The notes: generated from the sequence alone by a model not told the origin. Numbered from the stretch's first letter, positions 1-13,831 are shown. The stretch: DNA of 64,000 nt from Octopus vulgaris (GCA_951406725.2 OX597823.1:102176001-102240000); one strand, 5' to 3'. Translations and numbers: made by a program.

Positions 1-400
1 TTGTATAATGAGTTCTCCGAACAACAATCCTTCGGTTTTATTTCGGTGTAGTCTTCTAGTGACATGCTCTAACGAGAGTTAAGTAGTTCGTCGCACCCGG
101 CCATCTTCTGGCCAGAAACACGGAATTTCTAAGTCCCAGCATTGTACAACGGACTTCTGCACAGTTTCTGACCATCAAATTCCTTTCATGAGGTATTGGT
201 CACCCTGTATGTGTGGTGGGTAACACTTATTCAAAGTACTGGACAATGGAGTCGAACCCGTATTTATGCGATTAGAAAGAGAACTTCTTAACCGTGCAGC
301 CATACCCTCGACTGGTTAAAGAATTAAGCCAAAACCTCAATTCAGCTTCCGACATTTTTGTAAAATGCTGTAAATGTCTCTAAGCTAGAGAGATAGACAT

Positions 401-456
<56 letters not shown>

Positions 457-460
<4 letters not shown>

Positions 461-1434
461 ACGGAATCCCCCGAAAGTTGTTACGGAATCCCACCTGCCG
501 TCGCTCGAACTCGAACCCGGGATCCCAACAAGTCGAGCGACGACGATTGACCAGGCTCGATCGATCAGAGAAAGTTCGCCACGGAACCCAGAGAGGAGAG
601 AGACAACAACAACAACAACAGCAGCAGGAAGAGATACAGAGGCAACACAAAGAGGGCAAGGCAATTGGCTTACATTTAACCTACTAGTTTATAACACTTT
701 ATAATTGTTACAACATCAAATGCATCAAGATACATATCAGGTACATCAAAGAGGAAATACATGCAAGAAACAACACATCAAAGCATTTAAACTTGCAGAT
801 ACAATATAACAACAGCATTCGGGTACAATATCAGTTCAGATTGATGCAATATACAGTCCGGAGACAACAGTTCTGTTTCAAATCACATTAACGTTACAGT
901 TCAAATCACATTAAAGGCATATACAGTTCAATGTTCATTAAAGACTACAGCAGACTCTCTCTCTTTCTTTAACAGTTCTGTAACACAATGTTCGTTTCTT
1001 TTACATTTCAATACATCGATTCTTTTTTCCTTCTTTTTCTTCACATATCAAAACATACAATTAACACATACCGTTACATCAGTCAATGCCTCACATTGCA
1101 GTCCCTCTCTATTAGCTGCTTAATCCTCTGTATATCTCTTCCTCAGCCCCTCAACATTTCTCTCACCGTCTCTCTCTGTCACAGCAGAACAGCCACTGCT
1201 AAATCCAAACTGCCAACTGTTTGCCTTGAATCCCAAATCCTGACTACCTTTACAGTTCAAACTTCCTCCCTTTTAAGGGGTGTTTACAACGAACTTTCCC
1301 TGACCGGCACAAGGCCAAAGGTCCCCTAAAAGCTCATTACTCTTTCTAAAACAAAGGACTATAACTTTGCATTGTAGACTTTCAGTCTCCAAGCCAAGCA
1401 AAGTAGGTCGCCAGCTCTGTCCTTAAGTTGAACC

Positions 1435-1440
<6 letters not shown>
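457..1440. mobile_element. Solo LTR (probably Gypsy-type) inserted in a (TA)n tract
   Basis: Starts TGTTACGG and ends CCACAACA (TG...CA with imperfect terminal inverted repeat); ATAT on both sides, consistent with a 4-bp TSD; about 1 kb with no ORF; short internal duplication of GTTACGGAATCCC near the left end. Confidence 0.65.
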
Positions 1441-1466
<26 letters not shown>

Positions 1467-2188
1467 GCATTTATATGCACATATTTATACACACACACAT
1501 ACATATCTACTACATGTATCTGTCTGTGCGCGCGCACGGATGCGTTTGTATATTTTTCCACCTATATCTTCTATTAACAATATTTTTTGTAATATCTTTT
1601 CAGGTAATTAAATTCTTGTGAAAGCTTCAAGATTTAGATACCAAACACGCGCGTGCACCACTGACTTATATGTGAAATATAGATGAAACTGTAAGTAAAA
1701 TAACCCCACTAGAAGACATTTCAACTGCTGGAAAGATACCATTTCTCCTTGGACAATTGGAAATACATCCTTGGAGATATATATGTATATCTAGCATTAA
1801 TCTCTTGGTCCTTCCTTACAAACAAGGGTCTCTTATTTACCTCTTAGGAAAGTAATTTGATAGCTTTATCTTACTAATTGCTCTCCTCTCTCTTCTAAAT
1901 ACATTATTTAAGGCCTTATCAGTTAAACCAAGACATACTGGGCTTCAGGGCTTTCCCCCACAAACTCTTTCAATTTGCGTTCCTTCTCATTCAAAAGATA
2001 TCAGGAATGATTTACTCCAGATTTAGGTTCTTAAGTTCTAATAATATGGATTGGCATTTGAATTATTTTACTGTTTCCAGTATTATTTCAGTTTACACAT
2101 TCGAAGTGGGTGAGTCCAACTGTCTCATCATCCCCTGGCTGCTGCTCCTACTGCTGTTTCTACTCTGTTGCTGTTGCTGCTGCTGCTG

Positions 2189-2227
<39 letters not shown>

Positions 2228-2331
2228 AACACATCACACATGTACACACACAAAGACAGAAAAACACACATATACATAAACGGACATACGTAGAAAAAGT
2301 CATTAACACGCGCGCGCACATACACACTCTA

Positions 2332-2413
<82 letters not shown>

Positions 2414-2559
2414 CTAAGCAATAAAGGGTTTAGCAACGAATTGCCTTACCACATACCGAATTTAGAAATAGCAGTCAAAGAGTTATAGCTATTTCTTCTA
2501 CTATATGTATATATATATATACACATATGTATGTATATATATATATATATATATATACA

Positions 2560-2725
2560 CACAAAATTAGACGAGAACGCAAAGCATCCAGATAGACGAT
2601 ACAAAAAACACTGACGGGTCATTCGAAGCCTTTAATCTTCAGTCAAGAACCGGATCATCCTCGCAATTTCGGCTGATTAATCTTGAGATTGCTCCAATCT
2701 GGCTAGTCCCTAGAAAAAACGACTG
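2560..2725 (-). mobile_element. PLE pseudo-LTR-like relic with degenerate tandem hammerhead motifs
   Basis: Minus strand reads cagccGAAA...24 nt...CTGAAGA...cGAAT...GTC; abuts (TA)n; same layout as the 34.2, 42.5, 45.1 and 51.3 kb repeats. Confidence 0.35.
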
Positions 2726-3377
2726 TATATGAAACAAGGACGGAAAAACGGACGGTGTTACACGAATATAAATACAAAAATAATACGGAGACGGAGTGGG
2801 GAGAGAGTTGGTGAAATAAAGGGAGAAAATGGAGAGAGAGAAGGAAAGACAGAGGGAAATATAGAGGGAGAAACAGATGGAGAGATAGAAGAAGAAGTAA
2901 TGGAAGAGACAGGGGGACCAACAGGGAAATGGTGTGAATGCCACATCTAAATAGAATGTGTAAAAAGCCCTCCGTTTCAAGGAGGAGGGTCTGGAATGGG
3001 AATTTGTGCCGTTTGTGCTTCGCTTGCAAGGAAGTTTTAACAATATAATGAAGATGGATTGTTTCCTAGCCAAGAACTTAAATTGGTCCATAAACATGAC
3101 TCGCAAACAGCCTAACTTCTGCGGTTTATCACACACATTAAGGGCCATTTATATCTTACGAGGTTTCACTCTGCGATAGATACAAATCCTTTTCAGCTGA
3201 ACGGACTGGAACAATATGAAATGAAGTGCCTTTTTCAAAGGCATAGTTCACCGTCCACTCCAAAAATCAAGCCTACGACTTTACGATCGCGTCCAAACAC
3301 ATTGACCACTAGCTAAACGAATAGTTAGTTTGTTGTGTAGTAACCTCTTGTGTGACTTTTACAAACTGGTATCTCTT

Positions 3378-3510
3378 ATCTTTTACATGCTTCAGTCATT
3401 GGAGTGTAACTATGCTGGGGCAACGCCTTGAAGTTTTTAGTCGAGCAAATTGACCCCAGTATTTGTTTTTAAGTCTGGTACAAATTCTACCGGTGTCTTT
3501 AACCGGACCG
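3378..3510 (-). mobile_element. SINE family B, 3' fragment
   Basis: Matches the reverse complement of the 3' part of the 14847-15449 SINE (cagtcatt..atgctggggcaacgccttgaag..gaccccagta). Confidence 0.6.
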
Positions 3511-4048
3511 CATGGCTGCCTGGTTAAGAACACAAAATGTGTCACTCTAATATTTTGCATTCTGCATTTCCGCAGCACAGCGTGCTGAGTCGCGAATATA
3601 AACCAAATAAATCTGATGAAGTTTTAACATATGTTTTTAATGGCTGCTTAAAGGTTCTTGACTTTTTACGGAGCCTCTAAGACTACAGAAAGAGAAAGGA
3701 AAAAGAAATCATAGCTTCTTAGCTGCTAAAAGTGCAGTAATATTATCGACTTATCGTTAGATATGGACATTGGCTGAATACGGACCACAGAGTAAAATCC
3801 ACGCTGAAGTGATGGTGGTGTTAAACCAAGCAACTGGAATTAATTGCATAAACAAAAATAACAGAATTTCAATCTTCATTCGTAGACAAAACTTACATTC
3901 GCAATATTAAGATGATGGAGTTCTAAATTAAATAAAAGTTATTTTTGTTTCCACATCAATTGTAGAATGAGGTTTCAAAAACAGATATCATACTGTGACG
4001 ATGACTAACTGTTAGTACTAGTAACCTAGAGACTATATTAGACAAGCT

Positions 4049-4440
4049 AAGGCGGCGAGCTGGCAGAAACGTTAGCACGCCGGGCGAAATGCATAGCAGT
4101 ATTTCGTCTGCCGCTACGTTCTGAGTTCAAACTCTGCCGAGGTCGACTTTCGGGGTCGATTAAATAAGTACCAGTTACGCACTAAGATCAATATAATCGA
4201 CTTAATTCGTTTGTCTGTCTTTGTTTGTCTTCTCTATGTTTAGCCCTTTGTGGGTAGTAAAGAAATAGGTATTTCGTCCGTCTTTAGGTTCTGAGTTCAA
4301 ATTCCGCAATGTCGACTTTATTTTTCATCCTTTAAGGGACGATAAAACAGGTACCAGTTGAGCACTGGGGTTGATGTTATCGATTTAAGCCGCCCCCCCC
4401 CCGCCGAAGGTGCTGCCCTTGTGCTAAAATTGAAACTAAT
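4049..4440 (+). mobile_element. tRNA-derived SINE family A, dimeric copy
   Basis: Head ggcggcgagctggcagaaacgttagcacg with B-box-like gagttcaaa, core gtcgacttt..tcatcctt..gggtcgat..aataagtaccag present twice; at least 10 copies in the window. Confidence 0.8.
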
Positions 4441-4692
4441 ATATTATTGGACTAGCAATCGTGTGGGAGGTGGGGTGAGTGCATGTGTATATGCATGCGT
4501 GTTAAGTCGCTCTTGAGTGTCACTAGTAACATGTAATCCAATACACCCTGGTACATGGTCAGGGCAACACCATCAAGTAGGCTTGGTGAGTCGGGTGGTT
4601 TTTGGACCCTTTGAAAGATATGAAGCAAGACCATTAAAGGGAGTCGACGGTAACTCATTAAGTGACACACACACGCACACACACACACACAC

Positions 4693-4746
<54 letters not shown>

Positions 4747-4749
4747 TCT

Positions 4750-4945
4750 TTTACCCTTCTTTTACTTGTTTCAATCATTAGACAGCGGCCATGGTGGAGC
4801 ACTGCCTTAAAGGATTTTTAGCCGAATCAATCGAATTTTTTTAAAGCCTGGTACTTATTGTATCGGTATCTTGGCCGAACCGCTAGCTTACCGGGGCGTA
4901 AACGCACCAACACCGGCTGTCAAACGGTGGTGGGGAACAAACACA
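4750..4945 (-). mobile_element. SINE family B, 3' half
   Basis: ttttacttgtttc..gcggccatg..gccgaaccgcta..caccggctgtcaa, reverse complement of the family B 3' half. Confidence 0.7.
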
Positions 4946-5261
4946 CAGGAACACACACACATGGTTACGCACACACACACACACACACTGACACACACAA
5001 ACATACACACACATATATATATAAATTTATATAAATAAGGATAAGATCGATATTTAAATACCGATCTTATCAAGTGGCCAGCATGGGAATAAAAACCTTC
5101 AAATATAATAATTATTTAAAATTATGATTTAGGGTATCTAAGAGATACCACCACGCTGGAAATAGCAGTCAAAACTTGACTCTAAAACCACATTAAATGT
5201 TCATACAGCACCAGGAGAGAAGACAAAGAGACACAATAAACTAGCAAAAAATTACTGGATA

Positions 5262-5315
5262 ATTCCAGACCCAGGATTTCTGGCTCTGCATAAGAAATGC
5301 TTTGCCTTCATCAAT
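5262..5315 (-). ncRNA. Degenerate hammerhead ribozyme motif (inverted partner of 5424-5478)
   Basis: Minus strand: TTGATGA-a-ggc...gcc-a-GAAA-tcctggg-TC-tggaat. Confidence 0.45.
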
Positions 5316-5423
5316 TCAAACTGGTCGTGTGCATACGTGCTTATATATGTATGTATACGTTCGTATATGTAAGTATATCGTATGTTGTATATATATATTT
5401 GTATTTATGTACTTTCTGAGTAG

Positions 5424-5478
5424 ATTCCACTGATGAAGGCAGAGTATTTCTTATTCAGAGCCAGAAGTCCAGGATCTG
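5424..5478 (+). ncRNA. Degenerate hammerhead ribozyme motif
   Basis: attcca-CTGATGA-a-ggc...gcc-a-GAAG-tccagga-TC-tg; the consensus with the inverted copy restores stem I attcca/tggaat and GAAA. Confidence 0.5.
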
Positions 5479-5816
5479 TTGCTTCTGCTAAATATTAATA
5501 TAAATATACATATATTCAAATTCTAAGTTTCATATATATGCATCACCATATCTGTAGATACATACATTTATGAGTGTGTATAATACCGAAACATAACCGG
5601 AGTTGTCACTCTTACTTGATAAAAATAATTGGAAAAATTATTTATCTTTCAAGTAATGTTGCCTTTCCATCATAATTATTTTTGATGCTCATTGCACTGT
5701 ATATGTTAACACTTGACTACTGTCTAGTTATTCGAATGGTGTCCCTGTGTAGTTTAAATCTGTAATTGTTCTTTTAATCATTGAAGTTTATGTTATCAAC
5801 AATTGGGATAAACAAA

Positions 5817-5990
5817 GTGGCGAGCTGGCAGAATCAAACTGGCAAAATGTCAAACGGTATTTCGTCCGTCTTTATGCTCTGAGTTCAAATTCCTTTCAGA
5901 GTCGATAAAATAAGCACCATTCACGCATTTGGGGTCGATGCAATTGATTAGCCCCTCCACCGAACTTGTACCAAAATTTGAAGCCAGTAA
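5817..5990 (+). mobile_element. SINE family A
   Basis: ggcgagctggcagaatc..gagttcaaattcc..gtcgataaaataagcacca..ggggtcgatg. Confidence 0.7.
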
Positions 5991-6412
5991 TTGGAATGAA
6001 GATCAGTAACAACGACAACAACCATATTAACTTATTCCTGTACGTTCATAAACAGCTGTCTTATCGTTCGATAAGAAGGTTCCACTGTTCAGAACAGGAG
6101 TGTACAGGGTAACCGGATGGAACAAAAAGGAAAAAATAAAATAAAAATATTTACATGTTAGAAGGTAATATATTATATTTTCCTTGCGCAACAACAACAA
6201 TAAAACCAACAGCAACTGCTTCAACAACAGTAAACAAATAACAGAAACGCAGCAACAGGCAGGTCAGTCCGGTTTCGCAAATGGACCTTTTGTTAGCTTT
6301 TGATTTATAGCCATACACCTACATATACTATTCGAGCCTGCACGTAAATATGTGTGTGTGTAGCTACGAATCCGTGCGTGAATGTGTGTGTGCAAATATG
6401 CATATACATATA

Positions 6413-6479
<67 letters not shown>

Positions 6480-6487
6480 TATATACA

Positions 6488-6539
<52 letters not shown>

Positions 6540-6631
6540 TATATATAATATATATATATGAGAATATTTATATAAACTACACATAGAGTAAGAGAATATA
6601 ATATAATATAATATAATATATATATTTATGG

Positions 6632-6690
<59 letters not shown>

Positions 6691-6764
6691 CAACACGCAT
6701 ATAAACATATATGTGTGTGTGTGTGTGTGTGTACGACACACACACACACACACATACATATATA

Positions 6765-6786
6765 TATATAAAACTGAGAATGTGTG

Positions 6787-6817
<31 letters not shown>

Positions 6818-7166
6818 TTCCCTGAAACTTGATAACTACGCAACCAATTTCATTCAAATTTCACACATGCCTTACTTAGGGTCCGGGGAGTGTCATCGGC
6901 AAAAAAAGTTTTTACTTTTTACCTAGAGCGAGCCTACAGTAATATCATATCTTCTCCACTCTGATTCCCTAAAACTTGAGAACTACAGAATCAGTTTCAT
7001 TCAAATTTTATACATGCCTTACTTAGGGTCCATGTAGTATCATGGGCAAAAAAAATGTTTAACTTCTTGCCTAGAGCGAGCCCACAGCAGTATCATATCT
7101 TCTCCACTATTTCAGTATTACGTGTTAAAAGTGAAACAAAAACATCTCTCTATTGTATGTATATGG

Positions 7167-7202
<36 letters not shown>

Positions 7203-8164
7203 CAAAATATAAAGTTATATCTTGAGATCGTTAGTGACAACAAAATATATAACAGACTGGAACAGTAGTGCTCAAATGAGCTGTATACACTTTTTAATCC
7301 GAGGGGAGGCAATGCGAGCAGCAACTACAAAAGCACTACAAAATCCACAGAAAGATCAAACACATACATATATTCATATATTCATTTATATCTACAGAAC
7401 AGACAAAGTATTACGTACTATATGAATATATAAACATCATATAAAACTATATTGTACGCATAAGATCCACTCGACGTTCCATAAGAAATTTAGAAATAAA
7501 AATTGCAATAAAAGTTAGAGGTAAATATTGAAGTAAATATAGTAAATATAGTAAGTAGTAATTAAATATATTTTATTTTATTAAAATGGTAATTAAATCG
7601 TTATATAACAATTAAAAGAAGAAATAGCAATTAGTATAAAATGTATCAAGGACTTGAACTCGAATATGTGGCTTTGCATGAATGGGAGAAATTAAAAGAA
7701 GAAAAATTTAATTGAGTGCAGAAATGAATTAGTCCTGATGGAGATGTGCTCATACCATTTACTATAGCTGCTAGATTGAATTATATGCTTATAAAGTAGC
7801 ATTCAGTATCTAGGAGAATTTTTGGGAGTACGTAATGTCTGGTCTTTCGCATGTAGCAGGTATGTAATTGTGCATTTGTTTCCGTGTACTATGTGTTGTG
7901 TGTAAAAAACATCCTGACGACGGGAGTGTCAATTTTAAATATATAATATGTTTCATATTAATTGATGCATCTCTGAAAAGGCCCGTAGATGAACTTTTAT
8001 GTATTTTTGTAAATTTGTATATTTATCTTCCATGTATTTTTCTCTGGAATTTTAATTCGTCTTTTTAATATGTCATTGTATGTTTTATTACCACAATTTT
8101 TTAATTTAACAAATTTATACCAAACTAGCAATATGATCCGGCAACGCCGGGTCATAATGCTAGT
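6765..8164 (+). mobile_element. Non-autonomous Helitron-like element with internal tandem repeat and later insertions
   Basis: 5' tatatataaaactgagaatgtgtg(tctg)n start; about 147-bp tandem duplication (about 6818-7110); 3' hairpin ccggcaacgccgg followed by CTAG-T near 8160. Confidence 0.5.
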
Positions 8165-8378
8165 ATATATATAAAGTTAATCCAAACATGAAAACACAAA
8201 GAGAAAACACAACACGAGGACGTGGAACAAATATAGTATTATTAGACGCTCAGGAAGGAAGGAAAGAAGGAGGGTTTAACGTTTCGAGCGGAGCTCTTCG
8301 TCAGAAACATAGGAAAAAGAAAGATCCAAAGAAGGGAAGACGGAGGAAAAAAATCGCCAACGGTACACACGTGGTCAC

Positions 8379-8385
<7 letters not shown>
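8165..8385 (-). mobile_element. Short non-coding HHR-bearing element in TA-rich context
   Basis: Bounded by TA runs; contains an intact minimal hammerhead; diverged sibling at 47170-47320. Confidence 0.55.
8274..8308 (-). ncRNA. Minimal type I hammerhead ribozyme (PLE-type)
   Basis: Minus strand: gttt-CTGACGA-a-gagc-tcc-gctc-GAAA-cg-TT-aaac; stems I and II pair perfectly, palindromic minimal stem III (AACGTT). Confidence 0.75.
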
Positions 8386-8416
<31 letters not shown>

Positions 8417-8419
8417 TAT

Positions 8420-9096
8420 ACTACCTGAATGGCCCGTCGTTGCCACGCAATTTTTAGACTAGAATGTCTAATATAAAGTTTTGCTTATTTCATGTCCGAG
8501 CATGCCTTCCTCCACAGATAGGCTTCTTGATTAGGACAGATTTGTGCAATTTTTCGCAAAAAAAGCTTTGTTAAGGATTTTTCTTCTTTTTACATTATTT
8601 ACATGTCTGTTCGATTGTTTTACATGACTTTATTTATTAAAACTTATTAAAACTTCTAAAGTTCTTACAATTTTGGTCGTCGTAATGCTTTGCTTTCATT
8701 CGTTTAATAAGAATTCCTCCTCATAATGATTTTGCTTTCATTTTCTGATAGACAGCTATCATACAGAAAATGCCAGCTTCCAAATCCTGTTTTCTGATTA
8801 GGTAAAATTGATTAAACTTTGAACCGCAGTAACATTTTTCTACAATTTTTCTGGAACAAATAGATAACAAAATCGGATTTAGCGTGGAAAATTATTTCAA
8901 TATACCAAATTTGAAAATTACAATTTTTGTAGGGAAGACCCTACAAAACAGGGAGACAGAGAGTTATAGGACGTCACACACACACACACACACACATACA
9001 TACACACTCACTCAACACACATGCACGCACACACACACTCACACATTTACAAAGTACACAAAGGTAATCACCAGTAGGAAATAGTGTATAGTAGAC

Positions 9097-9127
<31 letters not shown>

Positions 9128-9688
9128 TGTATGTATGTATGTATGCATATATGTATGCATGTTTATAGAAAGGCCACCTACCCCCTGTCTCCTTAAAGCT
9201 ACGTATTCCTCACACCCACTTTTCTCTCTCTTCGTCAGCATTTTAAAAGTTAGCTGTGTGTGCATGTGTGTGTGTCTGTGTATGTGTGCGTGTTTGCGTG
9301 TGTGTGTCTCTGTGTGTATATGCATGCATGTATCTATGAATTTACGAAAGTATATTTGCAGCGTCGTTTGTATATGGCAGTTGTATTAACGCTATTATCC
9401 CGTTGCCACTCAATATTTGTCGCTTACAGAAAGATATACTCCCTTTCCCTGATATCAATCACACTCACTCTAACACTACGTTTCCCTCAGACTAATAGTT
9501 TTTGCACACTTCTCATTTTGTCATATAATTCGCCCAGCCCCGCTATACATTTTTCTTGAAATCCAATTAGCTTTTTATTGAACTGAATGTTAGCGTAACG
9601 TGTATGCAAAGTTTGGTGAATATTGGTTCGCTGGTTTAGGCAGTAAGATGGTAACAGACAGACAGAAATTGCCATTTATATATAAGAT
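8420..9688 (-). mobile_element. Degenerate Helitron-like element
   Basis: Degraded 3' end/hairpin (actacctgaatggcccgtcgttgccacg) and acagacagacag..tttatatataaga end, similar in layout to 48559-48927. Confidence 0.35.
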
Positions 9689-10549
9689 ATATATATATAC
9701 ATATATATGTATATATATATATATACATACATACATACATACATACATACATACATACATTCATACACACATACATACATATGTATATATAGATATTATA
9801 TATACATATATACACACACATGTATTTATATTTGCACGTGTATGCATATACGTAGATACATGTATAAACATGCAAGCGTGTACGTAAGTATCGATATATA
9901 TAGATGTGTGCATATATATATATATATATACATATGCATAAATATATTTTATCTATATATGATAAAAGAATATATATGCATGTGCGTGTGCGTAAGTATG
10001 TGTGTGTAGCTAGATTAGTAGGTAAATATGTGTATAAATATATTTTTATATGTATATATATATGGATATGCATACAGGAGAGTACTTTTGTGTGTTTGTA
10101 TTTTATGTGTGTGTGTGTGTGCACTCACACCCACACGTACACACACACACACACACACACATACACACTTGTCCGTCAAGAAGAAAGAGCACAAGGAGTG
10201 AGATGCTCTCAAGCTTTTTTTGTTAAGACATGTCTCTAAGCGAGAGAGTCACAATGTATTCGTTTCACAATGCCGAGAAAGGTTTCTTGTTTCGACTTGT
10301 CTCGGAGCTTCTTGGTTGTCATAAGTAAAAGTCGTCGAGTGGTTGTTGTCATGCAACACGGCTTAAATTTCTCTCGGCCATTGCTGATAATTTTGGGGTT
10401 TGCTAAAACTTTCTATTTTCCCTGTCGTCAATGATCGTTCTGCCCATTCATCGACTGAACAACCCTCACTTGGATAAGTGTATACATACACACACGCATA
10501 TATGTTTCTATATGAATACACACACGCACGCGTGCGCATACATATCTTT

Positions 10550-10735
10550 TGTCGTTTATTTGTTTCAATCGTTAGACTGCGGCCATGCTGGGACTCCGTC
10601 TTGAAGAAGTTTTAGTCGAATGAATCGACTCCAGTACTTATTTTTTTAAAGCCTTTATTTTATCAGTCTCTTTGGCCGATGTAAACACATCAACATCGGT
10701 TGTCAAGCGGTGGTGAGGAACATCATCAGACACAA
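10550..10735 (-). mobile_element. SINE family B, 3' half
   Basis: gactgcggccatgctggg..tagtcgaatgaatcgactccagtactt..catcggttgtcaagcg. Confidence 0.65.
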
Positions 10736-11194
10736 AGAATCCACATATTGTGACTTACATACATACATACATACATACACACATACATACATACATACAT
10801 ACATACATACATACATACATACATACATACATACATACATGCATGCATGCATACATGTATGTATACACAGGCAAGCACACACACGCACATACATACACAC
10901 ACACTCACAAGAATACGTATATGTATGTTTGCATACATATACGCATACATCAACTTTTATGTATATTGTTGACGTCATAAAACTATTTCTAAACCTAAAG
11001 TTGTTTCTTAAGCTTTTAAACTGCGTGTAGTGTCATTAGTTTTACGTTTTTTTTTTAAATAAATATTAGTAATATTATTTGCTAACAACCTATATAATAT
11101 ATGATAATTTATTCAAAATTTTAGTTTGGACCGAATAAAGAAAAATACTTTCGAAATTTTGAAAGGCTTTTAAACTTTTAACTTGTTCTTTCAT

Positions 11195-11463
11195 TGCTGT
11201 GGTGGCCAGATAAGATGTTCGACTTAACTAGAATGTTCCTCGTGCCATTCAGTAACAACTTTAGCTGTGTGGATTGGTACATTATCATCCTGAAAGATTG
11301 CGTTTCCCTCCGGAAACAGTTCCACAGCCATAGGATGAATTTGATCAGATAAAATGCTTAAATAGTCTTGACTATTAATTCTGCCATGAAGGGAAACCAT
11401 TGGGCCGGCAGATTTCCAAGATATATGATGCTAGATGTTTCCATTATTTTGTCCAACCCATGT
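11195..11463 (-). mobile_element. Internally deleted Tc1-like transposon (DDE fragment plus TIR)
   Basis: Minus-strand translation ISWKSAGPMVSLHGRINSQDYLSILSDQIHPMAVELFPEGNAIFQDDNVPIHTAKVVTEW..HLIWPPQ; terminal TA-catgggttggacaaaataatggaaaca resembles a Tc1 TIR. Confidence 0.75.
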
Positions 11464-11478
11464 ATATATGTGCATGTG

Positions 11479-11551
<73 letters not shown>

Positions 11552-12714
11552 AGAAAGGGAAAGAGAGAAAGAGAAAGAGAGAAAAGGAGAGAGAGGGAGA
11601 AAAAGAGAAGCGGGAAAAGATAGACAGAATTATTTCCCAAAGCACTGACATTGGTGACGACCTTATTCCATCCCTGTTTGCATTCAAGTTAAGAAAATGT
11701 CCAACGCCAAAATATTTGGAGTCTATCATTATCAGCTCGTATATCCTCCATTCCTTGATGGAAATATATTCCATTCTTAATAAGAGAAACTAATTTTGGG
11801 AAGGTGCATAAGAAAGCATGCAACGCTTACGTTACGTATGAAAACAGATAATTCAGAGTTTCAAATTTGATGAAAAGCGGAACGCTTCTGTCCATGAAAT
11901 TAATATAGTCCCTTGGACAATTTACGACATTAATAAACAAGAGGACAAGTTAATACAATTTATGGCCAATTCAGAGACAAGTAAAAGTTTTGAGGAAGAA
12001 ACATTAAGAATATTAAAACCTAGAAATAATTCATAATGATGCCATGTTAATTCTAAGTTATACTTGGGGGATGGTAATTTTTTTTGCCAATTAAACACAC
12101 ACACTGTTTATTTGATTTTCATTTCAGTTTTTATTCGTATAATTTTTAGTTTACACGTCTGTCAAAGTTCTTTCGTCGCACATCTTGTGGCCTTATCAGT
12201 GACTCTCTGTCCCATGTGTCGCCTCTTGTCCTGCTTATTCCATTTTGTCCTTCTATGTTATGTGTCTCTCTCTCTGTACATATGTTTACGTTTGTGTGTG
12301 TGTGTGTGTGCGTGCGTGCACGCACGTGTACCTGTGTCTATGTGTTTAATGTGTATGTCCCTTGTGCGTGTATAAGGATTTCAATGTCATTTTGTTTGTA
12401 CCCGAGTCTTTATTTATTTAACATTTGTTACACTTGAGTAAATATCAGTTAAACTTTGGTCACGCTTCTTGGGCATTTAATTAAAATATTTGGTGGATCC
12501 AACTTTAGTAATAACCAAGTCTCTAAAGAAAAGATACATGGTTTGATGCGGCGCAAAAACCGTTCGACCCCAGAACAAATCCGAAACTTATCACTGGGGG
12601 ATGTTTGTAGTATGTAACATAAGTCTCTACAACGTAATTCGGAAACACGTAATTCGGAGCATGAAGAGAAGTGATGTTGAAACAGGGAGGAGGTAAGGGC
12701 TGGATGAAAATTGA

Positions 12715-13050
12715 GGCGTGACAATGAGGTAAGAAGTTTGCCTCTCAACCATATGATACCAGGTTCAGTTCCACTGCGTGGCACTTTGGAAAGCGTTTTC
12801 TACTATAGCCTCGGCCGGACCAAAGCCATGTGAGTGGATTTGGTAGACGGAAATTGAAAGAAGCCCGTCGCATAAATTATGTGTGTGTGTCTTTGTGTCT
12901 CTGTGTCATTGTCTCCCTCTAGCATTCGACAACAGGTGCTGGTGTTTCTAATCTCCGTAAGTTAGCCGTTCGGCAAAAGAGACTGATAGAATATAAGCAC
13001 CAGGCTTTAAAAGAAAGTACTGAGGTCGATTAACTCATTCGACTAAAATT
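12715..13050 (+). mobile_element. SINE family B (diverged)
   Basis: ggttcagttccactgcgtggcac..ccaaagccatgtgagtggatttggtagacggaaattgaaagaagcccgtcg..ttcggcaaaagagac. Confidence 0.75.
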
Positions 13051-13666
13051 CCTGTGTGCGTCTTTATTAAAGGTTGAGTCCAACAAAAAGCGATTAGTTT
13101 CGCCCGAGAACACATCAGGGTCGAAACAATATACTTGTTAGACTCGCTGTTTCAGTAAAACGTGTTGACACTTATTACACTTAGCCTTAATACTTTGAGT
13201 AGGAACCCTCACAGGATTTCATCGAACTCTGGGGCTTTTATGGTGACCACTTGCGAAACACCTGATCTGATATGTCCTTGTCTTTTGTTTTAACCTGTCT
13301 GAAAGAATGTGATTTGATGGAGAGTTTGTGCTGCCTCTTCTTGCTTCTCGTGGCTTCGTCTTCCAGTCAGCTGGTGAGAATGTCGATGTGTTGCGCGAGG
13401 GAACGGAACCAAAATAAGAGGCCATCAGTTTGGGCGTCACCATAACAACTTACACATTTTCTGACATATTCTCGACTGATTGCTTTCACACGTTTAGTTT
13501 TAACTGAAATATGCTAACTGTCCCCCACTCTCTCTCTCTATCTCTTTTCTATCTTTCTCTCTCTCTCTCTCTCTTTTCTCTCTCTTTTTCTCTCCCCTTC
13601 TCTCTCTCTCCCATTCTCTCTCTCTCTTTCTCTTTCTTTCCCCTTCTCTCTCTTTCTCTGTCTTTC

Positions 13667-13749
<83 letters not shown>

Positions 13750-13772
13750 ATGTGTGTGTATTCACATACATA

Positions 13773-13831
<59 letters not shown>

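Noticed and set aside
13219-13443. 74-aa non-repetitive ORF as a possible host exon
   Set aside because: No recognisable domain or partner exons; cannot be supported from the sequence alone.
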